From: a virus
Lineage: Duplodnaviria; Caudoviricetes
IMG/VR virus record: IMGVR_UViG_3300033417_000014
Span: 1-47,584 of that record
Strand: one strand, 5' to 3'
Length of the DNA: 47,584 nt
Shown piece by piece: positions 8,386-16,611 of this stretch (within the stretch, counting starts at the first letter, position 1; the number at the start of each line of letters is the position of its first letter). The position numbers were made by a program, and so were the translations under genes. A model generated the notes under the pieces. It saw nothing but the letters and a program-made list of their open reading frames with translations, made no database searches and was not told the DNA's origin.

Positions 8386-8647
8386 TGTGGGAAATGAAAC
8401 GCCGTAACCAGCATGTACGCCACTCTCAGCGCATTGATCGTGGGGTTTTTTCCCACAGCACGACGTGCGAAACTCGCGCGCGATCAATGCGCTCCGCGCG
8501 ATCGAGCTACCGCCTCCTAAGCGGAAGGTCGCCGGTTCGATCCCGGCCCGGGGCGCCAGGTAACTATCAGACTCTTCAAAGGAAAAAGGCCGCGGCCGAG
8601 GACCGGCGGCGGCAACCGCTGTGGGAAAAAAGCGGTGTTGTGGGAAA
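8386..8647. promoter_or_regulatory. attP arm-type sites: four TGTGGGAAA copies
   Basis: Copies at 8386-8394, 8449-8457 (inverted), 8620-8628 and 8639-8647 flank the tRNA-like core. Confidence 0.7.
8504..8558 (+). other. attP core: 3' portion of tRNA-Arg(CCU)
   Basis: Anticodon arm CCGC-CTCCTAA-GCGG, T-arm GCCGG-TTCGATC-CCGGC and a 3' CCA; there is no room for a complete D-arm. Lies where the early and late arms converge. Confidence 0.85.
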
Positions 8648-8757
8648 TTGGCTGAAACCGCTCTATATACAAGGAACGGGCGCTCGCCTGCATCGAGCCC
8701 CGTAGTCGCTGCGTGCAGCCAACGCGGATTGAGCTCGGTGAGTCTCATCGCTAGACA

Positions 8758-9141
8758 CTATCCGAGCGGAACGCGTGAGCACTCGCCGATGTTGTACGGC
8801 TGGCCGTCGTTGACGGCCCGGTAGTCTTCCTGGCGATCGTTGAAGGTCGCGTTCAGCGTCCGCCAGAGAGCCTGATTGTTTTCGTTCGCCGCCCGGAGTG
8901 TGTAGAGCCTGCATATCTCTTCTGCGAGCGCGATCCGCAGCGCGATGTCTTGTTTCTTCTCGATCTCGGTCAGTCGCCCTTTGACGTCGTCGACCTCCTC
9001 GGCCATCGCGAAACCGGCGATCCCCGGCAGCAACGAGCACGCCCAGGCGATGTGAACTCCGATCACCACCGTGACCAGCAGCCGCCACGCGATCGTCGGT
9101 GACTTCGTCGCTTCCGCGATGAGTTCGATGAGCTTGCTCAT
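8758..9141 (-). CDS. Membrane/coiled-coil protein of the lysis region
   Basis: N-terminal hydrophobic helix followed by a coiled coil; downstream of the holin-like gene. Confidence 0.6.
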   Translation of the reverse strand: MSKLIELIAEATKSPTIAWRLLVTVVIGVHIAWACSLLPGIAGFAMAEEVDDVKGRLTEIEKKQDIALRIALAEEICRLYTLRAANENNQALWRTLNATFNDRQEDYRAVNDGQPYNIGECSRVPLG

Positions 9142-9151
9142 GCGACTGCCC

Positions 9152-9679
9152 TCACTTTCCTATCAGCTCGGTCTTTTGCTTCGACCCGGCAGACGACCCG
9201 ACGAAGTACGCGACGCTCGCACCCCACGCCGTGCCGAGAGAGCCGAGCATTAGGAGCAGAGCATCGCCGCCGGTGGCCGGTATCCCACGAACGAACATGA
9301 ACACCAACGCTCCGAAAAACCCGAGAGAGGTGAGATAGAACACCTGCGCGGGCATCGAGTCCTTGAGTGCGATCTGCCTATTCCTGGCACTGTCGCGGTC
9401 CGATGTTTCGAGCTCGGCGAAGCGGATCTGCAAGGCGGTCTCCTGCGCCTGCATCTCGACCTCGATCTCCTTGAGCTTGGATACTGCCGCCGGGTCGCCG
9501 GCCGCGGCCATCACCGCTGCCTCCAAGTCGCTGTCGGTCGAGCCTTCGACCTTCAGCACCTTGCGCATGACCCCAGCGGCCAATGCCCCGTAGGGCCCGC
9601 CCAGAGCAGCCAACGCGGTGGGGGCGACTCCCTTGAGCACGCCAAAGAGTTTCTTGAACGGTTCGCCTTTGAGTGCCAT
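9152..9679 (-). CDS. Putative holin-like membrane protein
   Basis: VAPTALAALGGP, DRDSARNRQ, two C-terminal TM helices and YFVGSSAGS; follows the endolysin. Confidence 0.65.
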   Translation of the reverse strand: MALKGEPFKKLFGVLKGVAPTALAALGGPYGALAAGVMRKVLKVEGSTDSDLEAAVMAAAGDPAAVSKLKEIEVEMQAQETALQIRFAELETSDRDSARNRQIALKDSMPAQVFYLTSLGFFGALVFMFVRGIPATGGDALLLMLGSLGTAWGASVAYFVGSSAGSKQKTELIGK

Positions 9680-10114
9680 CTATCTATCCTCCACTGAAAT
9701 AGTTACCGGCTCGCCGGCCAGGATTGCGTTTGACACCACTCCGTACAGCCTGCGATACGCAACCGTCGACTCGCTGAGCTTGCCGCTAATGTGCACACCG
9801 TCGCCGACGAGGATGCAGCCGCGCGTGTCGTCGTCATCGTTGCCGATGTGGATGTACACCCACTCGAAACCTGGCACGGATTGCAACCACAACATGCCGC
9901 GGTGCTCTGGGAACCGAGCCTTGTACTTCTCGTGCATCCCGCCCTCGGCGCGCAGTTTGATCTCGTAGGTTCCGGCAGGGATTCTGGTCTCGCCAGCGAC
10001 CTTCACCGGCTGCGCCTGATCGTCGAGCGTGAAGCAAAAGAACCGCCGGTCAACGCACAAGCCGCCGAGCGTGGCCTCGGCGAGAGAAGGGAATCTGATT
10101 TGCTCAAGCAGCAT
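9680..10114 (-). CDS. Putative endolysin (DUF5675-type)
   Basis: TLG.L..FFCFTL, RIPAGTY and IHIGN..DTRGCILVG motifs. Confidence 0.8.
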   Translation of the reverse strand: MLLEQIRFPSLAEATLGGLCVDRRFFCFTLDDQAQPVKVAGETRIPAGTYEIKLRAEGGMHEKYKARFPEHRGMLWLQSVPGFEWVYIHIGNDDDDTRGCILVGDGVHISGKLSESTVAYRRLYGVVSNAILAGEPVTISVEDR

Positions 10115-10680
10115 CAGAACCTCGCACCGCCACCGACGAGGTTCCGCCCCCGGTTGTAGTGCGACGCGCCGCCGTTGCTGCTATGCGACGCCTCGAAATA
10201 GAAGCGCTCGCGCGCGCCGAACGTGCGACGCAGCACGATGGCCGCGGTGAGTTGCACGCCGTCGTCGTCGAGCGTCACGAGATTCTGGTCGGCGTCGAAG
10301 CCGACAATGCCCTCGTCGCCCACGCTCCAGTCGCCGTGTTCCCAGAGGCACGCGCCCCACCCGAGTGAGAGGCGCTTGCGCTGCGCGTGCCACGTTCCGC
10401 ACACGCCGATGTTCGCGTCCAGCTTGTAGCTCGCCTCCGGGCGATGCACGACGGACTCACCGTGCGTATTAAGCGAAACCTGCCACGGCCCCTGCTCGAT
10501 CCCGAAGCGCAGCCCTGACGAGATAGGGATCGTCGACGAGGTCGCCATGCCGCCGCCGGCGAAGAACTTGGGCTCCGCTGCACCGGCGTCACGAGTGCAG
10601 GCGAACCAAAGAGTCGCGACGATGACCGCCAGAAGTAGCACCTGAACGGCGCGCGGGTTGCCGGTGAGGTTCCACTTCAT
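10114..10680 (-). CDS. Outer-membrane beta-barrel, PagL-like
   Basis: Signal peptide ending AGA-AE, amphipathic strands, HSSNGG...NRGRN near the C-terminus, terminal Phe. Confidence 0.6.
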   Translation of the reverse strand: MKWNLTGNPRAVQVLLLAVIVATLWFACTRDAGAAEPKFFAGGGMATSSTIPISSGLRFGIEQGPWQVSLNTHGESVVHRPEASYKLDANIGVCGTWHAQRKRLSLGWGACLWEHGDWSVGDEGIVGFDADQNLVTLDDDGVQLTAAIVLRRTFGARERFYFEASHSSNGGASHYNRGRNLVGGGARF

Positions 10681-10738
10681 GGCCAGTCCTTGTGCGCGAG
10701 TGTTAACATCCGAACCTCCCGAAACGTGGAATGGTGCT

Positions 10739-11116
10739 ATGAGTAAGTACTTGGTAATCGCAGTCGCGGCCGCGGCCGCAGTCGTCGGTGCTGTCCAGCC
10801 AGCGCTCGCCACACCCACCGTGGAGAACCCGGAGCCACACATCACGGTGTTCCGCGACGGCGATCACATCGTGACGCTCGTCGGTAGGCCGGATGGTTCA
10901 GCACGCAACCCGATACTCAAAGTCCTCAACGAGGACGAGTTCGGGCAGGCGAGCACCAGAGGAAGAAGCCCGATCCCAATGCGAGAGGCTCAGGGCTATT
11001 ACGTACGCGTCCGCGTCGTCGACGGCCGGCTGATCTGCGAAAAGTTCGCTGTGCTCCCCAGAAAACAGCCACCGGCTGAACGCGCGGCTGAGCTGTTCAG
11101 GGAATCGTGTAGCTAG
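10739..11116 (+). CDS. Secreted hypothetical protein (moron-like, opposite strand)
   Basis: Signal peptide MSKYLVIAVAAAAAVVGAVQPALA; fills the gap between two - strand genes. Confidence 0.55.
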   Translation: MSKYLVIAVAAAAAVVGAVQPALATPTVENPEPHITVFRDGDHIVTLVGRPDGSARNPILKVLNEDEFGQASTRGRSPIPMREAQGYYVRVRVVDGRLICEKFAVLPRKQPPAERAAELFRESCS

Positions 11117-11120
11117 AACG

Positions 11121-11600
11121 TCACCACGGCTCGCCCCACACCGTCGTGTAGCCGGAGGGGATCGGTAACCGTGTGTAAGTGAAGTCGCTCTCGGGAGGGC
11201 TCGCCATGGCGCTCTCGATCGCGACAGCGACCTGCTGCCACGTCCAGCCGTCATTGGCGACTCGGCCTACCACGACCTGCGCCTGAGACTCCATGGCGAC
11301 GATCTCCGCGTCGATTGTCGCGAGCGTCTTGGCAGATCCGGCTGCGGCGAGACACTGCGCGAGGAATGTCTGAGCGGCCCCTGCTCCATTGCGCGCGTTG
11401 TGCTCAGCGATCCACGCAGCAATCTGCGCCCGCGCTCGGTGCGGCGTGTCAACCGCTTGCTTGAGCAACGAGATCTCGTAGACGGCCCGCACGATAGGCG
11501 GCGCGTCGACCGATCGGTACTGACGGACTAGGTCGACCGCTTGCGCCTTCACGTCTGCTACCAAGCGGTCGAGTGCGGCGCCAATCTCTGCTGTTCTCAT
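11121..11600 (-). CDS. Hypothetical protein downstream of the tail fibre
   Basis: 159 aa ORF abutting the tail tip gene. Confidence 0.6.
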   Translation of the reverse strand: MRTAEIGAALDRLVADVKAQAVDLVRQYRSVDAPPIVRAVYEISLLKQAVDTPHRARAQIAAWIAEHNARNGAGAAQTFLAQCLAAAGSAKTLATIDAEIVAMESQAQVVVGRVANDGWTWQQVAVAIESAMASPPESDFTYTRLPIPSGYTTVWGEPW

Positions 11601-11604
11601 GTCA

Positions 11605-14600
11605 TCACTTCGAGTAGATGATGGTCCAACCGCTCCCGAGCCCCTTTACTCCGCTGTTCGTAAAGCCAGTCAACAAGAACGGCTGGTCGATATAGAAGCT
11701 GACTACATTGCTCACATTCGAAACGTTCGCAAAGCCAATGAAGCCAGCAGAGTTGTCCAAGAGCACACACGGAACCTGACGGCCTGACGCTGACGGTTGG
11801 ATAGCAGTTGGCACGCCGCTGAAGCTCATCTGAGTACTGTTGGACGTACCGGCTGCACCAGCGACAAACATGAGCACGAAACTTCCGAAGTCGATGTATG
11901 AGATGTCACCGGTCGGTGGCGAGCTAAACCCGCTCCACGTCGGCGTGAATGTCTGCGTTGCGAAGTCGAGATTGCCTCGAAACTTGATCGTCCCCGCAGA
12001 GTAGTCAAACCAGAAATACGTGCTGGCGTCGCCGATGTGGAAATCCGGGCCGCCGGTGCCGTCGTCTCCGAGGTAGAGGCCCTTCGTCGTATCGGACGCG
12101 CTCGTCTTTACGCCGCGGAGCTTGCCGCCAGTCGCTAGAACGAGGTCTTGCACTATTGCCAGAGTCGCGGCGAGTTGATCAGCAGAGATCAGCAGCGAGC
12201 CCGGCGACCCGCTGAATAGGTGGAACGACGCGATCCCTGGGCTGGTCGCCGGCTTGGCCGTCGCTATCAGGATCTTGCCGCCACCGACTGCGCTCGTGCC
12301 GGTCGTAGTCACCTGGAACGCGGTCGTCGATACGGCCGGGTCCCAGTAGATGTACGTCGGCCCGCCCATGTCCCCGGTGTTGCTGCCGGTGATCGAGTAG
12401 CTGTTGCCCGACGTGTCCCTGAGCGTGCCGCTCGCCCATGCGACGGTGTTCAAGTCGGTCGACGAGAACGCGCCCGTGTAGACCCAGTTGCCGGCGTCGA
12501 GGCCATCCGCTCCGTCGTCGCCGTCGGTGCCAGGCGCGCCGTCGGCTCCGTCTTGAACGAGGACAGCAGGGGCACTCCAAGTCGTGCTGCTGTCGGTTCC
12601 GGTCTGCCCGACGATCGAGAACGACGCCACAGAAACATACAGTGGGTCCGTACCGGCTGGCGGAGTCGCGAACCAACTCGACGGTGGCGTCAGCGTGCTG
12701 GTCGTGAAGTTATAGCTGCCGCCAGTAGGCGTGCTCGGCGCAGAAGCTGAACGCCTGTAGACGTTCGCGACGTAGACGCTGAGGCCGTCGTCGCCGTCTG
12801 CCCCGGGTGTGCCAGGTGCTCCGTCATCGCCGTCCGCACCTGGTGCTCCATCGTCTCCATCAACGCCGTCTTGTACAAACAGTGCCGGAGTAGTCCAGGT
12901 CGTAGAGCTATCAGTCCCAGTCGTGCCGACGATCGCCCACGTTCCGACCGATACGTACAGAGGGTCACTGCCGGCCGGAGGCGACGCGGACCACGAACTC
13001 GGTGGCGTCAATGTACCGGTGGTGAAATCGTAGCTCCCACCAGTCGGCGTGCTCGGCGCCGACGCCGATCGGATATAGACGTTGCTGACGTGGACGCTGA
13101 GTCCATCAGCGCCAGGCGACCCTGGCGAACCACCGGAACCGCCCTGTACAACCGAGACCGCTTGAGCAGCAGAGAGTCCATTCTCAACGTGCTCGACGAT
13201 CAACGTGACCACCGGCGTACCGCCGCCGACAATCGTCTCCGCGGTTGCGTCACCAGTCTCTGACTCAGTCACAGCAGAGAGCGTCGCGCCGCTGCGTGTG
13301 ACACGAATTACGTGCGTAGCGACGGTCGACCCGGGCCTGCGGAATGTAAACGTGACGTCGCTCGTCGGCGGCGCTGGGGAGTACGCACCACCATCAGGTG
13401 CTTGTATCCACTGGACAAAGTCGGCTGATACACCGACGGTCAGCCCGGCAGGTATTTGGGGCGTGCCAGCCGGCAAATCCGGCGACGCTCCGAGCGCTGT
13501 TTCTTCGGTCGTCCACGAGTAAAGCGACGACGGCCCCGCCATGAGCGTCAGGTCGACGACGACTGCGGCTCCATTGTCCTGGCTGACAACGCGTGGCCGC
13601 CAGTCCATGACACGCATTGCCTGCGACGAGAGGCCGAACGCGGCGTGGGTGAGGGAGATGCATTCGCCCGGCATCGCGCGGGCGCCGTACAGGTTGGTCG
13701 TGCAGGTCAGGAGCTTACCGGCGGCATCACGCTCCAGCAGCAGCTTAGCGATCCGCTGCGCGCGCGCGCCGCCGTCGTAGACCCCACCGGTGTTCGTCTC
13801 GTCGTTGACGAGCTGCATGTCCACCGTCGTGACGCGCTCACTGCCGACGACTACGGTCGCGAGGCTGATCGGCGCGTACTCGACAGCCGAGCCGTCGTCC
13901 GCCAGCGAAGCAAAGCGCCCATGGGCCGTGTCGCGCCGGTCGTTCTCCGACTTGTGAACGTTCAGGCGCAACGGGCCGACGAAGTGCTCCGGTAGCAAGG
14001 CGAGCGACGGAGATCTGAACGCGCCGCAGAAGTAGCGCCACTTGCCGTCCGACACCGCGATGTCGCCGCCGATCGCCTGCTCGAACATCTCCTTGACGGC
14101 GCCGTGCTTCTGCCGCGGGTCGATGATGCCGTTGGCCGTGTAGCGGTCCTGGTTGCCGCCCGCGGCGAGCGTTACGTTCTCGTCGCAGACATTCGCCTCC
14201 GCGATGACGTTGGCCCACGAGAAACGCGTGCTCGCAACTCCAGGACCGGCAATGCGGATGCCGTTGATCATCACGCCGCGCCAGAAGTCGTTATGGCATA
14301 GCACCGCGTTCTGCGACCACTCCCAAGTAGTCTCGTCGTTCAGGCGATGCGAGCCCGAGCCGCCGTTCGTAGTGTCCAGTCTGGGGTCATAGACCTTGCG
14401 CCCCTTGACCAAGAACCTGAACGACGGTGGCGTATTCAGGTCCGTCTCGTCGTAGCTCAACCTCACGATGGCGTAGGTGCAGCCACGCAGCCGGTGGTCA
14501 CTGGTCCAGTTCGCGAACGTGGCGTCGAGAGTCGAGTCGGCCGTCTGCGAGTCGGAGCCAAGGTAATACCTGACGTTGATCTTCCCCGCCCACTTGGCGG

Positions 14601-15012
14601 GACTCGTGACGTTGCCGCTACCGTCGAGCGTCAAGGTTTCATGATCGGCCTTCACAGCTTCGGCGGCTTCGCAGCTGTGCCCGGCGAGCACAATCACCAT
14701 CAACAGCTGATCAGGAAACAAGACGGGCTCGTGCACGTTGCGGTAGCGGAGCGTGCCTCCGGTCCACGCGCGGCCGTAGATGATCTGGCGTACGTCGTTC
14801 GGGTCGCCGGACAGGAAAATCTCGGTGCCGAAACTCTGGGCGGCGGCCGATTTTGCCTTGCGCTGTGTGAGCGCTGAGGCGGCGAACGCACTGCCGATCT
14901 GGATGGCGAGCATGGCGCGCGACGAGAGACCGACGGCAGTAGATTTGCCGGTCGCGGCGGCGATCCTGGCCGCAGTACCAGGACCTCGCGGGCTGAAGTT
15001 GACTCCAGACAC
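11605..15012 (-). CDS. Tail tip / central fibre (host specificity, gpJ-like)
   Basis: IIYGRAWTGG, HRLRGCTY and VKGRKVYDPR tip motifs; collagen-like GxxGxDG runs; duplicated Ser/Thr-rich module. Confidence 0.88.
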   Translation of the reverse strand: MSGVNFSPRGPGTAARIAAATGKSTAVGLSSRAMLAIQIGSAFAASALTQRKAKSAAAQSFGTEIFLSGDPNDVRQIIYGRAWTGGTLRYRNVHEPVLFPDQLLMVIVLAGHSCEAAEAVKADHETLTLDGSGNVTSPAKWAGKINVRYYLGSDSQTADSTLDATFANWTSDHRLRGCTYAIVRLSYDETDLNTPPSFRFLVKGRKVYDPRLDTTNGGSGSHRLNDETTWEWSQNAVLCHNDFWRGVMINGIRIAGPGVASTRFSWANVIAEANVCDENVTLAAGGNQDRYTANGIIDPRQKHGAVKEMFEQAIGGDIAVSDGKWRYFCGAFRSPSLALLPEHFVGPLRLNVHKSENDRRDTAHGRFASLADDGSAVEYAPISLATVVVGSERVTTVDMQLVNDETNTGGVYDGGARAQRIAKLLLERDAAGKLLTCTTNLYGARAMPGECISLTHAAFGLSSQAMRVMDWRPRVVSQDNGAAVVVDLTLMAGPSSLYSWTTEETALGASPDLPAGTPQIPAGLTVGVSADFVQWIQAPDGGAYSPAPPTSDVTFTFRRPGSTVATHVIRVTRSGATLSAVTESETGDATAETIVGGGTPVVTLIVEHVENGLSAAQAVSVVQGGSGGSPGSPGADGLSVHVSNVYIRSASAPSTPTGGSYDFTTGTLTPPSSWSASPPAGSDPLYVSVGTWAIVGTTGTDSSTTWTTPALFVQDGVDGDDGAPGADGDDGAPGTPGADGDDGLSVYVANVYRRSASAPSTPTGGSYNFTTSTLTPPSSWFATPPAGTDPLYVSVASFSIVGQTGTDSSTTWSAPAVLVQDGADGAPGTDGDDGADGLDAGNWVYTGAFSSTDLNTVAWASGTLRDTSGNSYSITGSNTGDMGGPTYIYWDPAVSTTAFQVTTTGTSAVGGGKILIATAKPATSPGIASFHLFSGSPGSLLISADQLAATLAIVQDLVLATGGKLRGVKTSASDTTKGLYLGDDGTGGPDFHIGDASTYFWFDYSAGTIKFRGNLDFATQTFTPTWSGFSSPPTGDISYIDFGSFVLMFVAGAAGTSNSTQMSFSGVPTAIQPSASGRQVPCVLLDNSAGFIGFANVSNVSNVVSFYIDQPFLLTGFTNSGVKGLGSGWTIIYSK

Positions 15013-15017
15013 CCGGG

Positions 15018-15416
15018 TTAGTCCTCGAACGGAACAGAGAAAGCGGCGGCCATCTCAAGCGTGTTCAAGTAGCCCACCCCACCGTCCTTGCCGACGAATG
15101 CCGACCGCTCCCCGAGACACACGCCCAATGCGTCAGCACCATCGACGAGGGCAATTACCAGATCGCCTCGGCGCGCGTGCGCGATCGGCACTTCGCGCAG
15201 ACGGGCGCCGACCGCGTCGCGCAAGGTCGCGAACCCATCGCGCCTCATGCGCGCGTACTGCTCGTCGGCGCTCAACCGCTCTGGCAACGGATCCTCGCCG
15301 GTCATGGCGAGCACACAGTCGGCCGCGAAGTACGCACACGGATACTCCACCGAGCTGGCCGACCGCTCCGCTACTACTTCGGCGAGCTTTTCGGGCCAAT
15401 CGTTGTTGCGCTTCAT
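15018..15416 (-). CDS. Tail assembly protein (NlpC/P60-like)
   Basis: WPEKL..CAYFAADCVLAMTGED..ARRGD..ALGVC; position in the tail-tip module. Confidence 0.75.
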   Translation of the reverse strand: MKRNNDWPEKLAEVVAERSASSVEYPCAYFAADCVLAMTGEDPLPERLSADEQYARMRRDGFATLRDAVGARLREVPIAHARRGDLVIALVDGADALGVCLGERSAFVGKDGGVGYLNTLEMAAAFSVPFED

Positions 15417-16015
15417 TGGCCGAGCAGCAGCCCCCGCTGCCTAAGTTTTTCCAGGACGCTGAGTCCCCATATGACCGGGTCATCCATCCGCGCCGCGAAC
15501 TCCATGCCGAGGTCGCCGGGGAACAGATGCTGCTGATGCGCGTTCGATAGTGTGTAGTACGTCGATCGATCCATCAGCGCGAGTTCGGACGCGAGTCGAA
15601 CCTCGATGTTGCCGCTGTCGCCGGCGTCCTCGGTGTCGACGCCATCGATGAAGCCCGGGAACAGCTCATAGGCGTCGACGACGGCGAGCGGCGAGCGGTT
15701 CAGTTTCGCCAGATACAATGACGCCGCGGCGCCCACCGGGTCGTTGGCGTTCACGGCATTGCGCAGCGCGTCGTCGAGGTAGTCGAGCTGGAGCTGGATT
15801 CCGGTATCTGTCGCTTCGAGCCCCTCCAAAGCGATAGGCTCGATGGATAGCAGAGGAGCTCCGACCCAGGTCTGGCTGTCCCAGGCGAGCGAACCGACAC
15901 CGGTCCACACGCGTACCGGTGACGTCGGCCAGTCAAGGAAAACGAGGAACGCCAGGTCGACGTCGCGATCGTCCAGAATGTCCTCGATGGTCGCTGAGAA
16001 CCCACGCTCGCTCAC
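15413..16015 (-). CDS. Minor tail protein (gpL-like)
   Basis: VRVWTGVG..W and QQHLFPGDLGMEF; synteny. Confidence 0.7.
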   Translation of the reverse strand: MSERGFSATIEDILDDRDVDLAFLVFLDWPTSPVRVWTGVGSLAWDSQTWVGAPLLSIEPIALEGLEATDTGIQLQLDYLDDALRNAVNANDPVGAAASLYLAKLNRSPLAVVDAYELFPGFIDGVDTEDAGDSGNIEVRLASELALMDRSTYYTLSNAHQQHLFPGDLGMEFAARMDDPVIWGLSVLEKLRQRGLLLGQ

Positions 16016-16611
16016 AGCGACTCCTCGAACGACAAGGTGAACGCGCCGGCCTTGTCTTCGTCGGTGTCCTTGTCCGGCATCGACGTGAGCCGCGCGAGCA
16101 GTACCGGCGTGTTGAACGTAACCACCGCGTCGTCGGCCGGCGATACGCGCAGCGCCGGTTTGAAATTCAACGTCACGACGCCGGAGCCGTTGGCGGTGCA
16201 GTCTGTCGTCGCGGCATGGAAGCCGGTACCAACCTGGAAGTACTCGCCTGTCCTCAAGATCAGCGCCGACGCAGTGACACCGTCGACGATGAGCGAAGTC
16301 CCGCTCTGGCCCGCGCCCTGAACGAGTCCAGTCGTCGCGCCGCTCTGCGGCCCCGTGTAATCCGGATCTGGGATCGTGATCTCACCGAACAGCCCGACGC
16401 TGAGCAGGAAGCCCCACATCGTGCGCAGATCGGTGCCATCCAGCGGTACGGTCTCGACGAGACCCTCCCAGCGGTCGGACGTACCGGCGCCCAGCGAGAC
16501 AACCTGGCGCCGACGCGTGAACATCGACTCCGTCGACGCTTTATTCTCATTCAGGACCAGGCGCGAGCGCCGTATTTTACCGAGCAGCGACGCGGGGAAC
16601 GGCGTGCTCAC
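16012..16611 (-). CDS. Distal tail-like protein
   Basis: Directly follows the tape measure gene; beta-rich, ends FEESL. Confidence 0.7.
   Translation of the reverse strand: MSTPFPASLLGKIRRSRLVLNENKASTESMFTRRRQVVSLGAGTSDRWEGLVETVPLDGTDLRTMWGFLLSVGLFGEITIPDPDYTGPQSGATTGLVQGAGQSGTSLIVDGVTASALILRTGEYFQVGTGFHAATTDCTANGSGVVTLNFKPALRVSPADDAVVTFNTPVLLARLTSMPDKDTDEDKAGAFTLSFEESL

Noticed and set aside
8488-8558. Complete phage tRNA-Arg gene
   Set aside because: A GCTCCG could pair with the acceptor 3' strand, but only about 11 nt separate it from the anticodon stem, too short for a D-arm; attP fits better.
8224-8748. 174-aa ORF crossing attP
   Set aside because: It reads through the arm sites and the antisense tRNA; at most the first few codons are a gene remnant.
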